Positions 1-14,810 of a stretch of 64,000 nucleotides of DNA are shown one piece after another. The notes below the pieces were generated by a model, which was given only the letters and a program-made list of their open reading frames with translations, was not told the origin of the DNA and did not search any database. The translations under genes were made by a program, and so were the position numbers. The stretch's first letter is position 1. Every line of letters begins with the position of its first letter. This DNA comes from Octopus sinensis. Its lineage: Eukaryota. The DNA is taken from positions 53,940,001 to 54,004,000 of the forward strand of contig NC_043003.1 of assembly GCF_006345805.1 (NCBI RefSeq). The letters run 5' to 3'.

Positions 1-1699
1 CGAGTTTGCTGACCTTGTGACAAAATTTGAAACCAATATTATGTCGCATATATACTGAAGTGTAGGTCAGACAATTTAGATAGATATTATGCAGAAGTTA
101 CATTTGAAGCTTACATTTTTGTTTTCTTATTTGAAATGCGGACATGAAAAGAAATGAAAGTGTTATATAAAACATTCTGTAACAGAAAATGAAACAAAAT
201 AGACACTACATGAGGAGATTTTAGAAAACACCCAATTTTTTTTTATATAGAAAAACACATTTAAGCCTGTATGTTCTTTGAATAAATAAACCGTATTAAA
301 TATAGGAAAAAATATAATCTAGTCTAGCTAGTGTTCTAGTATTCAATGCCGAAAAGCTGAACTTAGAAAAAAAAATCCAATATATACTAGATAATGGGAG
401 ATAATGAAAACAAACAACCGGCCATACAACTTAGGATAAATCAAATTAATCCTAAAAAAGAAAAAAGTACAAACAGTTACTTAATTTGTTTTACGGTATA
501 TCATAAATACATCATATATATCAAATAATTACAGATCGAAAGAGATGTCATTATGCATCGAAATATATTCGCTCTACGTGACATTAGTTAATCAGTTAGA
601 TATACAGACGTCAGTTCAAAACAATTTAATTTTCCATCAATCAAGTCACACTAGAATAACCTATACATTACAATCTCAGTATATAAGAAACAGATAATTA
701 ATTACTGTTAAATACCAATTAATACTGACAATAACAAACCTTATTTAATAAAGCTACGAATCAACTTCGTTAGAAAATTTCTCGCTGTCTTTCCATATTA
801 TTATGTTAACTTGTCGTTGGTACTTTTATTGTTTTCATTATTCCATAGTAAATAGTGAGTGCATTGTTAGTGCACTAAACTGATTTGATTTCCGAGGTAA
901 AAACGGCAAATAAGTCCTAATAATAGTATTCTTAGAACATCAAAATAAATTCATCATTAATCTATCTTTAATTATTTGTATATGTAACTCACATTCCACA
1001 CAAACTTGTCTGATAAATATTTTATATTACCGAAAAATAATAGTTAATGATTTATATTCAAATACCATTAGTTATTATTAATTTCATTCAACTGAAGAAG
1101 TAAACTACTAATCAGTAAGTAAATAGTAAGTTTTATGAATAGAACAAATACGCATTCTTTTAGAAAAAATACGACGTGATTAAGAGCGTTGTAGTTCGCT
1201 TGAAGCATTGCAGTACAGAAGTAGAAAACGAAAGCAAATGGAAATAAAGAGAGCTTCAAATTTCAGGCGCAAAGCATATCTTCTATTCCTTTATTTTCTA
1301 CTACGTGATTACTTGGCTAGTTGTTTAGCTGACGGCACTAATATCTATTATGATTTAGAATAGATCATACTGGATAAGGAAAAAATCTTACACCAGAAAT
1401 AAAGCTATACTATATCTGTATTGTTATAGTAATGGATTCTCTACTTTATAAGAATACAGGGAAAATTGTTTCATGAAAGAATAGAATATATAATATATGA
1501 TATATATATATATATATATATGTATATCTGTATTGTCATCCACTCCTGGATCCTGGTAGTAAATACTCTTTTTTTCTATTGAATATTACATGTTTCAATT
1601 TGTAATTAATCGTGTATATTATAAAAAGAAGTTCTTTTTTAGCGTTCTAACGATATGAACTTACACCTACATAGTTGATTTCACGGTTGATTTTATTTG

Positions 1700-2250
1700 G
1701 TACTAGTTTAAAAGCCGTACTCTGTGCAAACTTTTAAACTAGCTCCTGTGGGGGATAATTGAGCTTGCAGCTCAAAATTAAAGAGAGCTAAATAGCATGA
1801 CTATAACACGTGGATAAAGATTATATGCCCCAGTGGTGTTTAATCAGGGGTTAAGGACGGTTGAGAATTAATTCTGTAATGCAATCATTCTATTGTTCCA
1901 GTCCTAAGTTGAATCTCAGCTGTTGGCCAATTTGTCCCAAAGTTCTTATCTCGATGTAAAATGTTATTTATCTATTTATGTAAAATGTTATTGATCTCTG
2001 ACGTCATCTGACAAACGCCAACCAGGATGGGTTCAATCAACCAAGCTTTGCCTGCTAGAAAAAGAACCCCGAATACTTCTAAATCAGATCCCAATACTGG
2101 ATGTTCAAGAACAAAAATGAAGGGCAGGTTTTCAATCCCGGGATCATCCAGATTCCAGAATGGTATAACATGACTATGTAGAACAAAGGCAGACTGAGAC
2201 ACAGGGATGTCGGACGGACAGACAGAATTTCGTGTTTATTATTATAGACA
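1700..2250 (-). mobile_element. Possible non-autonomous Helitron-like element (degenerate)
   Basis: ACTAG near the left end (1701 or 1738). The right end GGACGGACAGACAGAATTTCGTGTTTATTATTATAGA resembles the layout of the clear Helitron at 50442-50826. Boundaries are uncertain. Confidence 0.35.
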
Positions 2251-3605
2251 ATAGAACACCTGTAGAATCTTCATCAGTAACATATATTAGATATTTCGCT
2301 ACCATTGTGGAGGCGAAGTCACAGCTTACATCTTGTTACACAAAGGTATACTGCTTTGATTAGATTTAAAATTGGTTGTCAGTTGTATTTCGCGATACAG
2401 ATTTGAGCCTGCATCTAGATACATTATTTCTCTATAGGAGATATTAACTTATTCACTCGTGAGATGGAGTCATCCAAAACTGGGCTGTTCCAATATTATA
2501 AAAGAAAGATATCTTATTGCATTTTTTTTTCTATAGATATCTTTTATATACCGCTGCATATTGATGTAAAGTCGTTCAAGTTTACAATATAGATCTTAAT
2601 GTAGCATTACCTTTTCCTGTTGGTCTTTGTTGTAAAAATATATGGTAGTATTTTTTTTATAGCACCCCAACGAACACATATGAACATTTCCATTCCGTAT
2701 ATTGATGGCATTTAAACGAACTCTATATATTTGCAATTTATATCTTTAGCAATGTATTCTTTGAAAATTTTTTTCTGCACTTGCAAATATTCCGTTGCAG
2801 CGTAACATGTGTCAGTTTTATAGAACACGTGACCAACTGTATGTATCTCCTATGAACTATTAGTGTATAACTTGTGTGTAATTTATATGAACCATTTTTA
2901 TATAGCACAGAACCTGATGTCTGTATTTCATATGAACCATTTTCCATATAATTCGTGAACTGTGTATATTGCTTTGAACTGCTCTGTTTATATTGGAATT
3001 ATAGTTTTTATATAGCCTTCAGCTATTGTTTAATGTTACATTCAATAACATTAATCGTACTGTATAGACCTAGCGGGCTATAAATTACAGGTGGTGAAAA
3101 TGTAGAAACAGACATTTCAGCATATAGATAGAATGGAATTACACTAGTTGTCTTGTCTGTGCAATCAAAATGTTTTATTCTCTACGCATTAAAATACCTC
3201 CTCCACCCAATAACTACGTCACATGAACTATAATTGAACCGGATATACCTTACACGCCCATAACAATTTGAACTTTTTATTGTATTTCTTCTATATATTA
3301 TTCCGCATGCTTTTATTTTGTTCATATTTTTGCCTGTCAGTATATATGTGTCTACACCATATAACCATTATTACTATATTTTATATTACTACAGGTTATT
3401 AAAATATAGTTAAGACTAGAACATTTGAATTTAGATGTGAAATAGTGCTTGCTGTTATGTTATGTTTATTTTCATTCTGTAATGGATGAAAGTTTTATAT
3501 TGGATTTTATAAGATGTTTATTTCTATGAGAATGTATCAATTAGCTATAATTTTCTGTATTAATAATTTCTAAAAATTACGTGAACAGTGAGCTGTATTT
3601 AATAA

Positions 3606-3820
3606 TGGTTTCAAAATTTGGCACGAGGTCAGTGATTTCGGTGAAGGAGGTAAGTCGATTAGAGCGATCCCAGTGCGAAACTGGCACTTATTTTATTGAC
3701 CCCGAAAGGATGAAAGATAAAGTCGACCTCGGCGGAATTTCAACTCAGAACGTAGCAGCAGACGAAATGCCGCTAAGCATTTGGCCCGGCGTGCGAACGA
3801 CTCTGCCAGCTCGCCGCTTA
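3606..3820 (-). mobile_element. tRNA-derived SINE, family A
   Basis: Reverse complement of GGCGGCGAGCTGGCAGA...GTT(C)AAATTCCGCCGAGGTCGACTTT..CTTTCATCCTTTCGGGGTC, seen in >10 copies in the window. The central block resembles the Deu/Nin SINE domain (recalled). Confidence 0.85.
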
Positions 3821-5424
3821 AGCTGTGTTTAATAATAATTAAACTAATGGCTAAGTGAGCATATTTACTAATGTGATTTTCTGGATGTAATACTAACAAC
3901 TGGCAGCTGATTTCTCGATCGAGTCAAGGAAAGTAGACTACATTATTTCGGTTGCAGTAGGCGGTTTTGAACTCTGAACAGAGACTACAAAGTATTTCCT
4001 CCGTTTCTCTAATAATTTCACTAATCCACAATCTTGGGGAAGTACTTTATTTATCGATCCCAAAATGCTGAAAGAGGATCACTGTAGGGAGCTGGAATAA
4101 ATACCACGCACCATTCTAAGTGATGTTCAAACGACTCTGCATCTTCACCTCATTTTTATATAATTACATATAATTGCAAATAATAAAGTACTGATAAATT
4201 TATTTTGATTCTATATTATAAATAATATTTATAGAATATTTATTTACTAATTAATACTTTACTTCCAAAGCTGAATTCTTGTAATAACAAGAAGTATTTA
4301 TTTCATTTTTTAATATTACAAATCTATTAGATTCTATAAGAATATCAAATAGTTTAATAAATTTCATTTAGATTGTATTAAAAAATCGTATTTATTTACC
4401 AAGGTATTTTAGCTAGTAAATTAAATCAATTTCATGTATTAATAATGCACACACTAATTATTATGCAACATTTTCTTGCAAGAGATTCAATAATGAAAAC
4501 TGTCTATCGACTCTATGTTGACAAAGTAATATAGAAAGACAGCGAGAAATGTTCTAATGGAGTTTGATTTACAGTATTATTAAAGTATGTTTTGTTATTT
4601 TCAGAAATAATCGGCATTTAAGTTTTTAATTACCTATTTCTTGTACATTGAGGTTGTAATGTGTACGGGTGTACTTTAAATTGATGTAATCAATGTAAAT
4701 TGAATTATTTGCGGTCGACATTTGTATGTCATTTAGAGCAAATATATTTTTGTGTATTTATGTATAATCATTTCTCTTTTAATCTATAATTGCAATATAT
4801 ATATATATATGTATGTATAATCTATTTTTTGATATATCATTTTTTTCCTTTATTGTTTTACTTAGGACTGATCCGATTTATCTTTAATTAAATTGTACGG
4901 CCGGATGTTTGTTTTCCGATATCTCTAATTGAATAACTATCTAGAAATATATTGAATATTTTCAGTTATTGAATATTAAATATTCTTGATTATTTCTATA
5001 TCCGTTTATTTAACACAGTTTATTTATTCAACGTACGTGCATACATCTGGTTGTAAACAAAGACATACAGTATATAGTTGCAGAAATAATTTTCGAACTA
5101 ATCTCACTTCATATAGCATTTATATTGTTTAATTTTCTGCTAATGTGCGTCTTAGTTATACTCATAGATTGCGTTTCACAGACAAATTTGAAATGAAGGT
5201 TTCTGTCCAAACTGTCTGCTAAATTTCCTTACAACACGTTTAATTCCTAACTGATATAATGATTGCCTGACAAGGATTACCCAAAATTTAGTTTTGATTG
5301 GAACTCTATATTAGTGTTTATATTCTGGAAGACTTATTTTTCTTGCTGGAATTAAATAAGACAACAAAAATAAATGATAATAATTATACATCTACGCTAC
5401 GTTTTCTTAGCGAATTATTGTCAA

Positions 5425-6005
5425 GGCGGCGAGCTGGCAGAAATGCTAGCACGCCGGGCGAAATGCGCAGCCGTATTTCGTCTGCCGTTACGTTCTGAGT
5501 TCAAATTCCGCCGAGGTCGACTTTGCTTTTCATCCTTTCGGGGTCGATTAAGTAAGTACCAGTTACGCACTGGGGTCGATATAATCGACTTAATCCGTTT
5601 GTCTGTCCTTGTTTGTTCCCTCTGTATGTAGCCCCTTGTGGTCAGTAAAGAAATAGGTATTTCGTCTGCCGCTACGTCCTGAGTTCAAATTTCGCCGAGG
5701 TCGACTTTGGCTTTCATCCTTTCGGGGTCGATTAAATAAGTACCAGTTACGCACTGGGGTCGATGTAATCGACTTAATCCGTTTGTCTGTCCTTGTTTGT
5801 TCCCTCTATGTTTATCCCCTTGTGGATAGTAAAGAAATAGGTATTTCGTCTGCCGTTACGTTCTAAGTTCAAATTCCGCCGAGGTCGACTTTGTCATTCA
5901 TCCTTTCGGGGTCGATAAATTAAGTACCAGTTACGCACTGGGGTCGATGTAATCGACTGGCCTATCCCTAAAAATTTCGGGCCTTGTGCCTAGAGTAGAA
6001 ATATT
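5425..6005 (+). mobile_element. SINE family A with three internal ~184-bp tandem units
   Basis: Head GGCGGCGAGCTGGCAGAAATGCTAGC. GTATTTCGTCTGCCG recurs at 5473, 5657 and 5841. Confidence 0.9.
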
Positions 6006-6749
6006 CTCTTATGACCTATTGAAGAATTTGAAACCCAAGAATCAAGTGAAGAAACCATATTGCAACACAAGTAAATACACACACACACATACACCCCCCA
6101 CACACACATGAAGGAAATATAGATGCTATTTCTGGGAAGTAAAGCAATAACGTAGACACAGATTGTTGACAAGTTATAGCTGTTTTAGCTCCAGGTCAAC
6201 TATGATCAGACCTAATTAAAACCAGTTAACCTACGCCGCTAACTCTCTCTGTAATAGCCAGGAGCGTTGTAACTTCTCATTTCCTCTAACCATTAAATAC
6301 ATTGGTCTTGTCAGTTAAAGGATATCAATATTATATGATCCAACGATGGGGAGAAATAGCAACCAAATATCACTCAAGCAGCATAAGATCATCTTAAAAT
6401 ACTTATTGTTTTATGTAGTTTCAGCTACACTACGTGTAAATGGTAAGGTCACGACTGGGATACTTTTGGTCATAAGTTTGTGGGCAGTAAAGAAATATAT
6501 ATAGAGGAAAACGTGTTTGTTCTTTTTAACTTAAACGAACTTCGAAACACTTAGATATTCACACCATTAACGGGAATAGAAGAAAAGTATGTCTTTAAAC
6601 ATTAAGAATGTTTTACATTATTGAAATGTCTAAGAAATTTGAAATTTAATCGTTGCAAGATGTTTGCTTCAGAAGTAACAGAATAAGGTGGTAACACTAA
6701 ATTGTTTATGAGATACATACATAGTAAAAAACACGAAAGTATTGAAAGT

Positions 6750-7350
6750 ACAGTGGAACTGAAGGAAAAGAAAACACATTTGTTAGCGCTGTGGAAAAAA
6801 TGGGGCGACTTGATTTGAACCAGTACAAAGCAAAATTAGAGAGTTCGTAAGGTGTATCCAACGAAACTATCCAGGAAGAGCAAGAGGTAGGTGAATTAAA
6901 TTCTAATGGATGTATTGCAGAACCTACGCCCCATTGTATGGGGGAAATGAATATATGAAGCAATTGCTAGTTTTTAAAACCAAAGACGAGACATGGTGGC
7001 GAATAAAGTTGGTGTTCCACATTCTTTCTCGATAGACTGTTACTACAGTGCATAGGATTCAGAATTATTAAGATCATGTTAACTAGAAATATTGGTAAGC
7101 TTCGACCTTTGTCACTTTTAGGGAACATGACGGGCACGTGGTAAAAGAAGTGATTCAGAATAGTATATGGACAAGTGGGGTCTCAGTGGACATGAAAATG
7201 TTATGATCCTGAATACCCCAAGACCATGGTGATGCTGTACTACATTCGGGGGACAAAGAGGAGCTCACTCGTGGTTGTGGTTCGGTTCTAAAAGCCCAGT
7301 TGCTGGATGTGTGGTAGTAAGAACCACTTAAGAAAAAGACATTTGTTAAA
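6750..7350 (+). pseudogene. Decayed gag/ORF1-like retroelement fragment with zinc knuckle
   Basis: ~7292-7340 translates to KPSCWMCGSKNHLRKD (CX2CX4H knuckle-like). The surrounding frame is disrupted. Confidence 0.35.
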
Positions 7351-7810
7351 TGGAAGCGAATGCAAAAACAACAATAATCAAAAGAGGTGAGCTACTTCGT
7401 TGCTGCTGCCGCTGATTCTGGAGTACCTTACACCTCAACTCTAGTAACTTTTAGTGCCAAAGTAAAGAAACCCGCCCAGAATCCGATGTTGATCAATGCT
7501 ACTAATTACGCTACATTAGGTTTTAGATTGTCCTAAAGTGTTCATTCAATTCTTCCCATAAAGTGTTTTACAGAGCCATATCGCAAGCTCACCAAAAGTT
7601 TTAATCTTGCTCTCGCTAAGGGTATCTGTCTCAGTCAATAGAAACACGCCGAAATGTGTTCAGACTCCAAGAAAAAGATTTCTATGCCAATATGCTGAGA
7701 ATAGACTTTAAATCGTCAATCACCACATTACAATATACATTCACTATGAATACACGTCGAAGTGAAATCGAGGAAGGGAAGAGAATTTTTAAAAATTCGT
7801 TATCTCTATA

Positions 7811-7858
7811 CTAAATCAATTTCGGGATTAATCCCACGGATTTTTCCTTCTTCAGTAG
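7811..7858 (-). ncRNA. Degenerate type-I hammerhead ribozyme motif
   Basis: Minus strand: CUA-CUGAAGA-AGGAAAAAUCCGUGGGAUUAAUCCC-GAAA-UUGA-UU-UAG. Stem I is 3 bp and the stem III loop is one change away from the palindrome AAUCGAUU. Confidence 0.45.
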
Positions 7859-8235
7859 GTAATACGATAAGAAATAAATGAAAAACTTACAAGCACCCAT
7901 GGGAAAAAGCAGAAGCAAGTGTACACATAAGTACCCCAGCTATATCTAAATGTAAAATCCTTTAGCAGGCCTCAGCACACGTGCGACTGGTCACGAACCA
8001 CAACTTTGAGTGGTTACCAGTCCCGAAGTGAACGGTAATAAATTTACTTCTAATATTAGAAGCATATATATATATATATATATAACCGAAGTTATTCTTG
8101 TTGCTTATTTTTTATTATAATCACCCCATGGATTTATATGGATAACACCATAGAAAATTCTGGTGCATCTAACTTAAGTACCATATTCATTTGAATCTAA
8201 ATTTTGCTGAACTTATATATATATATATATATATA

Positions 8236-8538
8236 TTGTTGTTTGTTCCTTCTCGAGCCATGCCTGGCTCTTAGGGCCGGTTTCCCGGTTTCCTTGGCGT
8301 ATAGGTTCCCCACCTGGACGGGTCGCCGGTCCGTCGCAGGTGAGCTGCAAGTTGCAGGAGGAAAGAGTGAGAGAAAGTTGTGGCGAAAGAGTCAGCAGAA
8401 ATTCGCCATTACCTTCTGCCGGAGCCGCGTGGAGCTTAGGTGTTTCGCTGATAAACACACACATCGCCCGGTCTGAGATTCGAACCCGCGATCTCTCGAC
8501 CGCGAGTCCGCTGCTCTAACAACTAGGCCATATGCCTC

Positions 8539-8540
<2 letters not shown>
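8236..8540 (-). mobile_element. tRNA-derived SINE, family C
   Basis: Minus head GGAGGCATATGGCCTAGTTGTTAGAGCAGCGGACTCGCGG..GGTTCGAAT (A/B boxes). Body homologous to 17577-17911 and 59613-59912. Confidence 0.85.
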
Positions 8541-8575
<35 letters not shown>

Positions 8576-8754
8576 GCACAATCGTACAACCAATAATAAT
8601 CGGAAACCTCTATACGTTTATATATATAAGTATGTGCCCATACATGTCTATACATATGTATGCATATTTACGTGTAATAGCTCTGTAAGTATGTTTGAAT
8701 ACATGTATGTATAATGTGTGTGTATATGCCGAATTTCGCAATCTCTAATTAAAG

Positions 8755-8842
8755 CCGGGTACAAAGTTGACCTCGGCAGAATTCGAACTCATTGCTAAGC
8801 ATTTTGTCCGGCGTACTAACGATTGTACCAGCTCGCCATCTT
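8755..8842 (-). mobile_element. SINE family A, partial
   Basis: GTTGACCTCGGCAGAATTCGAACTC...CCAGCTCGCC matches the family A head. Confidence 0.7.
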
Positions 8843-8927
8843 AAATTGATATAATAGAATAATACTATACAACTTGTATTGAGTGCTTTCGCCTTCTTTC
8901 TTTGACAAGGTAGAATATTCGTGCATA

Positions 8928-8929
<2 letters not shown>

Positions 8930-8973
<44 letters not shown>

Positions 8974-8998
8974 ATATATATACAGCCATATACATACA

Positions 8999-9050
<52 letters not shown>

Positions 9051-9491
9051 CGCACAAACACAGAATGTCACACGCAAACTCGCGCAAGCATACATACTCA
9101 CACACATACACATTTCCAAAAGTGACACACGTATTCAAACATACCTGTACACACATACACAACCAGCGTATAATCGCAACGATTAATCTTGTCTCGCGCT
9201 GAGTCAAGATAAGAATATATTTAAATATCGAAAACTATTTTGGCGCAGGGGCAAAAATATAGTCATTGTATTTGGGGGTGGAAAGGTACCGATAGAAGAG
9301 GTAAGCTATCCGAAGCGGTGTCTCTGTAATGTGTGTGCGGGTGGCGGAGTCGTAATAACGTTATTTACTTTATTTTTTTTTATTAGATACTTTTAAAGTA
9401 GATATTTGTTCGCTTTGTCTTAGTGATTTTTGTATGTTTTTTGCTTTAGGTGGGTGCAGTCTTTTAGTGGCTGATTATTGTTTTAAAACAC

Positions 9492-9540
<49 letters not shown>

Positions 9541-9825
9541 GTTATTGTTGTTATTATTGTTATTGTTGTTGCTTTATTACTATATCTGTTGATTTTCTTG
9601 TTCTGCTATTTACGTATGGAGGGGATTTAGGCTTTCTTTGTTTGCGTGCATTTGTGTTTATGTGCGTGTATGTATGAATACATATGCAAACATACCTGTG
9701 TGTATATATATGTGTATGTGTGTGGGTTTGTGTGTGTGTAAGTATGTAATACATAGCGCTTATCTACGTATATATTTATATTATATATATGCTTACACAC
9801 GCACACACATATATAAATACACACA

Positions 9826-9877
<52 letters not shown>

Positions 9878-9901
9878 CGTTTATATAATTGTACACCATG
9901 A

Positions 9902-9938
<37 letters not shown>

Positions 9939-9960
9939 ATATACACCTACATACGTACAT
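8930..9960. repeat. Microsatellite cluster: (TA)n, (TACA)n, (ATT)n, (TG)n
   Basis: Directly visible; (ATT)n at ~9493-9570. Confidence 0.95.
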
Positions 9961-11163
9961 ACACAAACACATACATAGACACGTGCGCGAACTTATTTAT
10001 ACACGCACACATAAAACATGATTGTTCTGATTAATATTCTTGCGTTAAAAGGAAGTAGATTAGAAAAAAAAACCTATAGGACAGAAGAAAACAACATCAA
10101 CAACAATAACATAAATTACACATTTTTCTCTTTTAGTCTGAAAAAGTTTTATCGAACTTTCTAGATTTCTAGAATTAACTTATTCTTATTTGTCGTTTGC
10201 TGACTTAGATGTGATTGACCAACTTATTGCTAAAATTGATTTCTTTTGATTATCGACAAAGTCTAATATTTATTATTTGTTTTAAAGAGAAAGAAATATT
10301 GTGGAATGAAACCTCGGCAGTATATTAAGGGTAGTTATTTTCAGCCATCAGAGAGGGAAGGCTTTATGTGGCTGTTCGGTTTTCTAGAAATAACACCGAA
10401 AATTTCCCCTGAAGTCAACGTCTTAATGATGAATTAGACTCTATTGGACAAAGCAGTATTTGATACACAAAGCCTGTAGTAAATAGATATACAAGAGCGG
10501 AATGTTTTTCAAGAACGCTCATGATCAGCAGACTTCTTGAGTGATGCTGAGTGATGCTGAGGCGGGGTTAAACGAAATAATATAAAGAACAGATTCTACT
10601 TTCGTCATTTCAAAAACGTAGACCTCAACAAGATCCAAGCTCAACATAATGATGTACAAAACAAACTAGATACCGTAATCTATCTCGCCTTGCATCTTAT
10701 GTTGTTTAGCCTCAACTCTGTCTCAGTTCAGTAGATCTATGGTCAAACGCATTCCAGTTGTGGCCATCCTGTCTGTTCAATGATACGTATGAATGCATTA
10801 TCTAATGTATCCTTATATTAAAAATGAATAACAACAACTGTAGTGTGTAAATTGAGAAAGATTTGTCAGATCGAGAAAACACATAGATGATCCTTCTGTT
10901 GCTGTCAATTCCGGTTTACGTTGGAAGGTGTTACGCCATGGCGAAGACAGTCTTTTGGCACCTCAGGGACTAAACTCTTTAATGTACTTTTCTATGTTTA
11001 ATATAGTAGGGTGTTGAGGTAAACTTAATTACTATATACAATCACTCGAACGACGACGGCATAGAGGCTGTCTTCGTTTGTCTTGTTCATATTACTGTTC
11101 ATTACTGACAAGTTGTCTTGTTCATTTTACATACATACACACATACATACATACATACATACA

Positions 11164-11195
<32 letters not shown>

Positions 11196-13209
11196 CACAC
11201 ATGTACAATCTGAGTGTAATGCAATTGGTGTTCTTTACTTTGGGTTAGCTTTAATCGTGTAAATTTACGATCCAAAGGCGTTTCAGTAGTCAATAACCCG
11301 TCGTTTGTTTCTAGATATAGTGTAGGTCTTAGGTCAGGTTATCCAACGTGTAAATGTATCCACGTCTATTTTCAAAGACGACCTGGATCACATAAGACAT
11401 AAGAGAAATTTGGATGTTTTCAGACTGACACACCACGTAGGGACATCTTCCGTCAGGTATTCCTTACTCTCTCGTTTTTCTTCTTCTTTTCGCATATGTC
11501 GTGTCCACTTACCCCTTCCAGGTAACACACCAATAACTTCTCTCAGGGCCTTCTTCTCTGTCCGTCAATCTTCTGGAATATATTTCTTGTCCATGCCTTT
11601 CATGCAATTGTCCAAGTAAAGCTGCTCAGAAGAGAGAAATATTAACTGTATCAGATGACCTACAAAGACCAAGGGCAATGCTCCTCCAACTCACCTAAAA
11701 TATTACACCAACTCGCGTTTCACACATCCATGTATCCTTCAGATAATAAATCCTTATTTGTTTAACTGACAAATGCCTTATATTTTAACATTTTTATATA
11801 AATCGAGAATGTTTTCGCTTTGACACACTGGGTACGATTTTATTGAAAATTCCTTCACAGTTGTTCTGTATGCCAATCACGAAAATCAAAATAATTTTTT
11901 TCTTTGAGAAAAAGGTTATAACAAATTTATGAAACTTCAAAAATACTGAAAATTCTTTGTATAATTTTAACCTGTCAGATCCATCTATTCTCGACATTAC
12001 TGAAGTTCATAATTTGTTATTTGAATATGTTCCCACAACAACTAACTGAAAAAGCCGTAAGATTAGGATTTGGGTCAGGATTATTGTTTAGGTGTAGGTT
12101 TAAGGTTAGAGTTTAAATTTAAACTTTATGGTTAGGAATTGTAATGCATTCAAAGTTCCTTTGTAAATGTTAATTTGTTGTTTCCTTTAATTTTCTTTCA
12201 TTAGGTATTTTCAACTTTAAATAATTTTATTACATTTTTATTAATAATTTCTCAAAAATCAAGTTGCATTGTTTCTTTGGAATGTTGCATCTCGAAAACA
12301 AAAATACCCCTTCACTCCAAAAGCAAAAAAAGAAGATACTTTCTATAGTGTCAGCAATGCATGTAGATTAGTTGGAATTTAAAAAAAATCAGTCTGTAAA
12401 TGTTCACAAAATTTTATTATTTATTTGTCCAAAAAAATGGGTTGTGCGTTTAATAATCAGCATAAAAATCTACACATGTGTAGAAATTTTGTATAAAATC
12501 GGATCAATTGAGTCAAACCAAAAAGATAAAAAATTGAATCACGTAAGACATAGGAAAATACGTGGACTACTCAAACGGGTTGTTAATACAAGAGAGATAA
12601 TTATTTCTTCATATTATTTGGCGGGTTTAGAAGCTTGAATTTAAAATTAAAGTATAAGAAAAAAGATGCATAGAATATACAACCTAATTTTTTTGCTTAC
12701 TTATAATGAAGTTCTTAAAATTTTTTAATTAGTGATAATCAAGCACTACTTCATTCTTTTTAGAAATCATCAGTATGTCCAGATATGTAAATTAAGCATT
12801 TTATAAACCGTAACCTTTTTTATTGATAGAAAATAATTACAGTCGGGAAGAAATTCTTGGAATGTATGGTTTTCTTTGCTTTTATTCTTCATAGATCGTT
12901 TGTAGCTCAGCAATCGAAAAAGTTCTTGGTGTCTACATGCAGGGTAACTGTTTCCAAAGAGTTCTACCTTTGTACGTTGGTCTTATATTAGCTAATGTTT
13001 TAGTTTTAACAACAAAAATTACTCAAACCGGTTTCGATAAATTCTTTCAGGTGTAAATGTCGGCTTGGAGCTGCTAATTCATAGTAAGAATCCTTCTTCA
13101 CGGAGTGAGAGAGACATATCTTTGTAAACATAACACCTCTACTTTTCGTCAACAGTCTGGATGAATCTTTCTGAATTCACAAACCGAGAAAAAATATTTA
13201 TAAATAATT

Positions 13210-13737
13210 CTTTTATTCTTTTATTGTTTTACTCGTTTCAGTCATATGACTGCGGTTATGCTGGAGCACCGCCTTTAGTCGTGCAGGACTTATTCATTGT
13301 AAGCCTAGTACTTATTCTATCGGTTTCTTTTGCTGAAGCGCTAGTTTACGGGGACGTAAACACACCAGCATCGGTTGTCAAGAGATATTGGGAGGGGACA
13401 AACACAGACATATACACACACATACATATATATACACATATATTCGACAGGCTTCTTTGAGTTTCCGTCTACCAAATCCACTCACAAGGCTTTGGTCGAT
13501 CCGAGGCTATAGTAGAAGGCACTTGCCCAAGGTGCCACACCGTGGGACTGAACCCGGATCCATGTGGTTGGTAAGCAAGTTACTTTATTTTATCAAATTT
13601 GCCATAGAGGCAGTACATAGATGGGTAGCTTTGTGAGATGGACAAGACATTGATGAGGCGAATGATAATAATAAAGTTGATAAAATGGGAGAAGACAGAA
13701 AGCGCCTGCTACTTACCACATAGCTACTCCTGCGCCT
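13210..13737 (-). mobile_element. tRNA-derived SINE, family B, interrupted by a ~120-bp insert
   Basis: Minus head GGCGCAGGAGTAGCTATGTGGTAAGTAGC, then GGTTCAGTCCCAC..ACCTTGGGCAAGTG, an internal CA/TA tract and a GAGTAAAA-type tail. Homologous to 19046-19498. Confidence 0.85.
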
Positions 13738-14810
13738 AAAATAAATAATTCAATACAATAAATAATTCAATAAAAGAGTATATCAAGTTCACAAAGGGAA
13801 ATAAATTAGTTTACCGTTTAAGACCGATTTTCGAGAAAGTTACATGAAATGTTAAACTCCTCTTCTTTCTAACTCTCAGTTTAGTTATCCAACAGAATCA
13901 ATGAACATTCGTCCCTCGTCTTTAAAGGGTTATGTTCATAACGTTATTCTTTTCTCACCACAAGGCTCAATAATTTATTCTATTTCCTCAACTCTCTATA
14001 GTTATTATTGATTGAAAAGGTGTCTATATCCGCTCATGACAACTTAGGCTCCTAAAACAAATGGTAAAAGCATAGAGCGTGTTACACGCTTGTCAGTGAT
14101 AATAATTGTATAACTCGATGATTTCTTCCTGATATTTACTGGTATATGATTTAAACAGTCTGAGAAAGCATTCGTAGTCCTAATTTCCCAAAAGATGAAC
14201 AGGAACCAAATAAGTTATAATTTCATTTTCTCCGAGCTCTCAGGCACAGAGAAAATGAAATTTTAACCTAATTTCTCACTAGAAGTTATAAAATCCAAGT
14301 GAGTTTGAGTGGTAGATCTAATTTACTTCCCTGCATACATAGTCTCATCTGTATATTTTTCCATTCACTAACATGCAATAATCTAAATTTAATATTAATT
14401 GCAATAGACTCATCGAATCACTTCTGTCCCACAGTTTAACGGGAGCCTCAAAGGTTATAGACAGCTCCACTTCTTTTCTATACTCGTTAATAAAGATAGG
14501 GGTCGCTGATTTATGATTAGTTACTCTGGCCTGAGGTTAGTCGATAATCAAGTTGATAAACAAGTAGTGGTTGTTTAATCCCAGACAAACCTCACTTGAG
14601 CAGAGTTATGAAAAAAGGGATTCTAGCCAGAACTATACTTTCTTTTTATAAAGTGCCTCATTTAATAATGATATTTTAGGGAAATTTACTGCTATTAATA
14701 AAATGTCAAGAGACTAAATAGGAGTCTTTCCTTTGATGACGTTTGTTTATAAAAAAGTTAGTTTTTGTTTTTGCAAGTGTTGTTGGTGTTATTATTTCAC
14801 CTTAGATAAA

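Noticed and set aside
12060-12140. Telomere-like TTAGG/TTAGGG variants
   Set aside because: Short and highly degenerate; probably internal to an old repeat.
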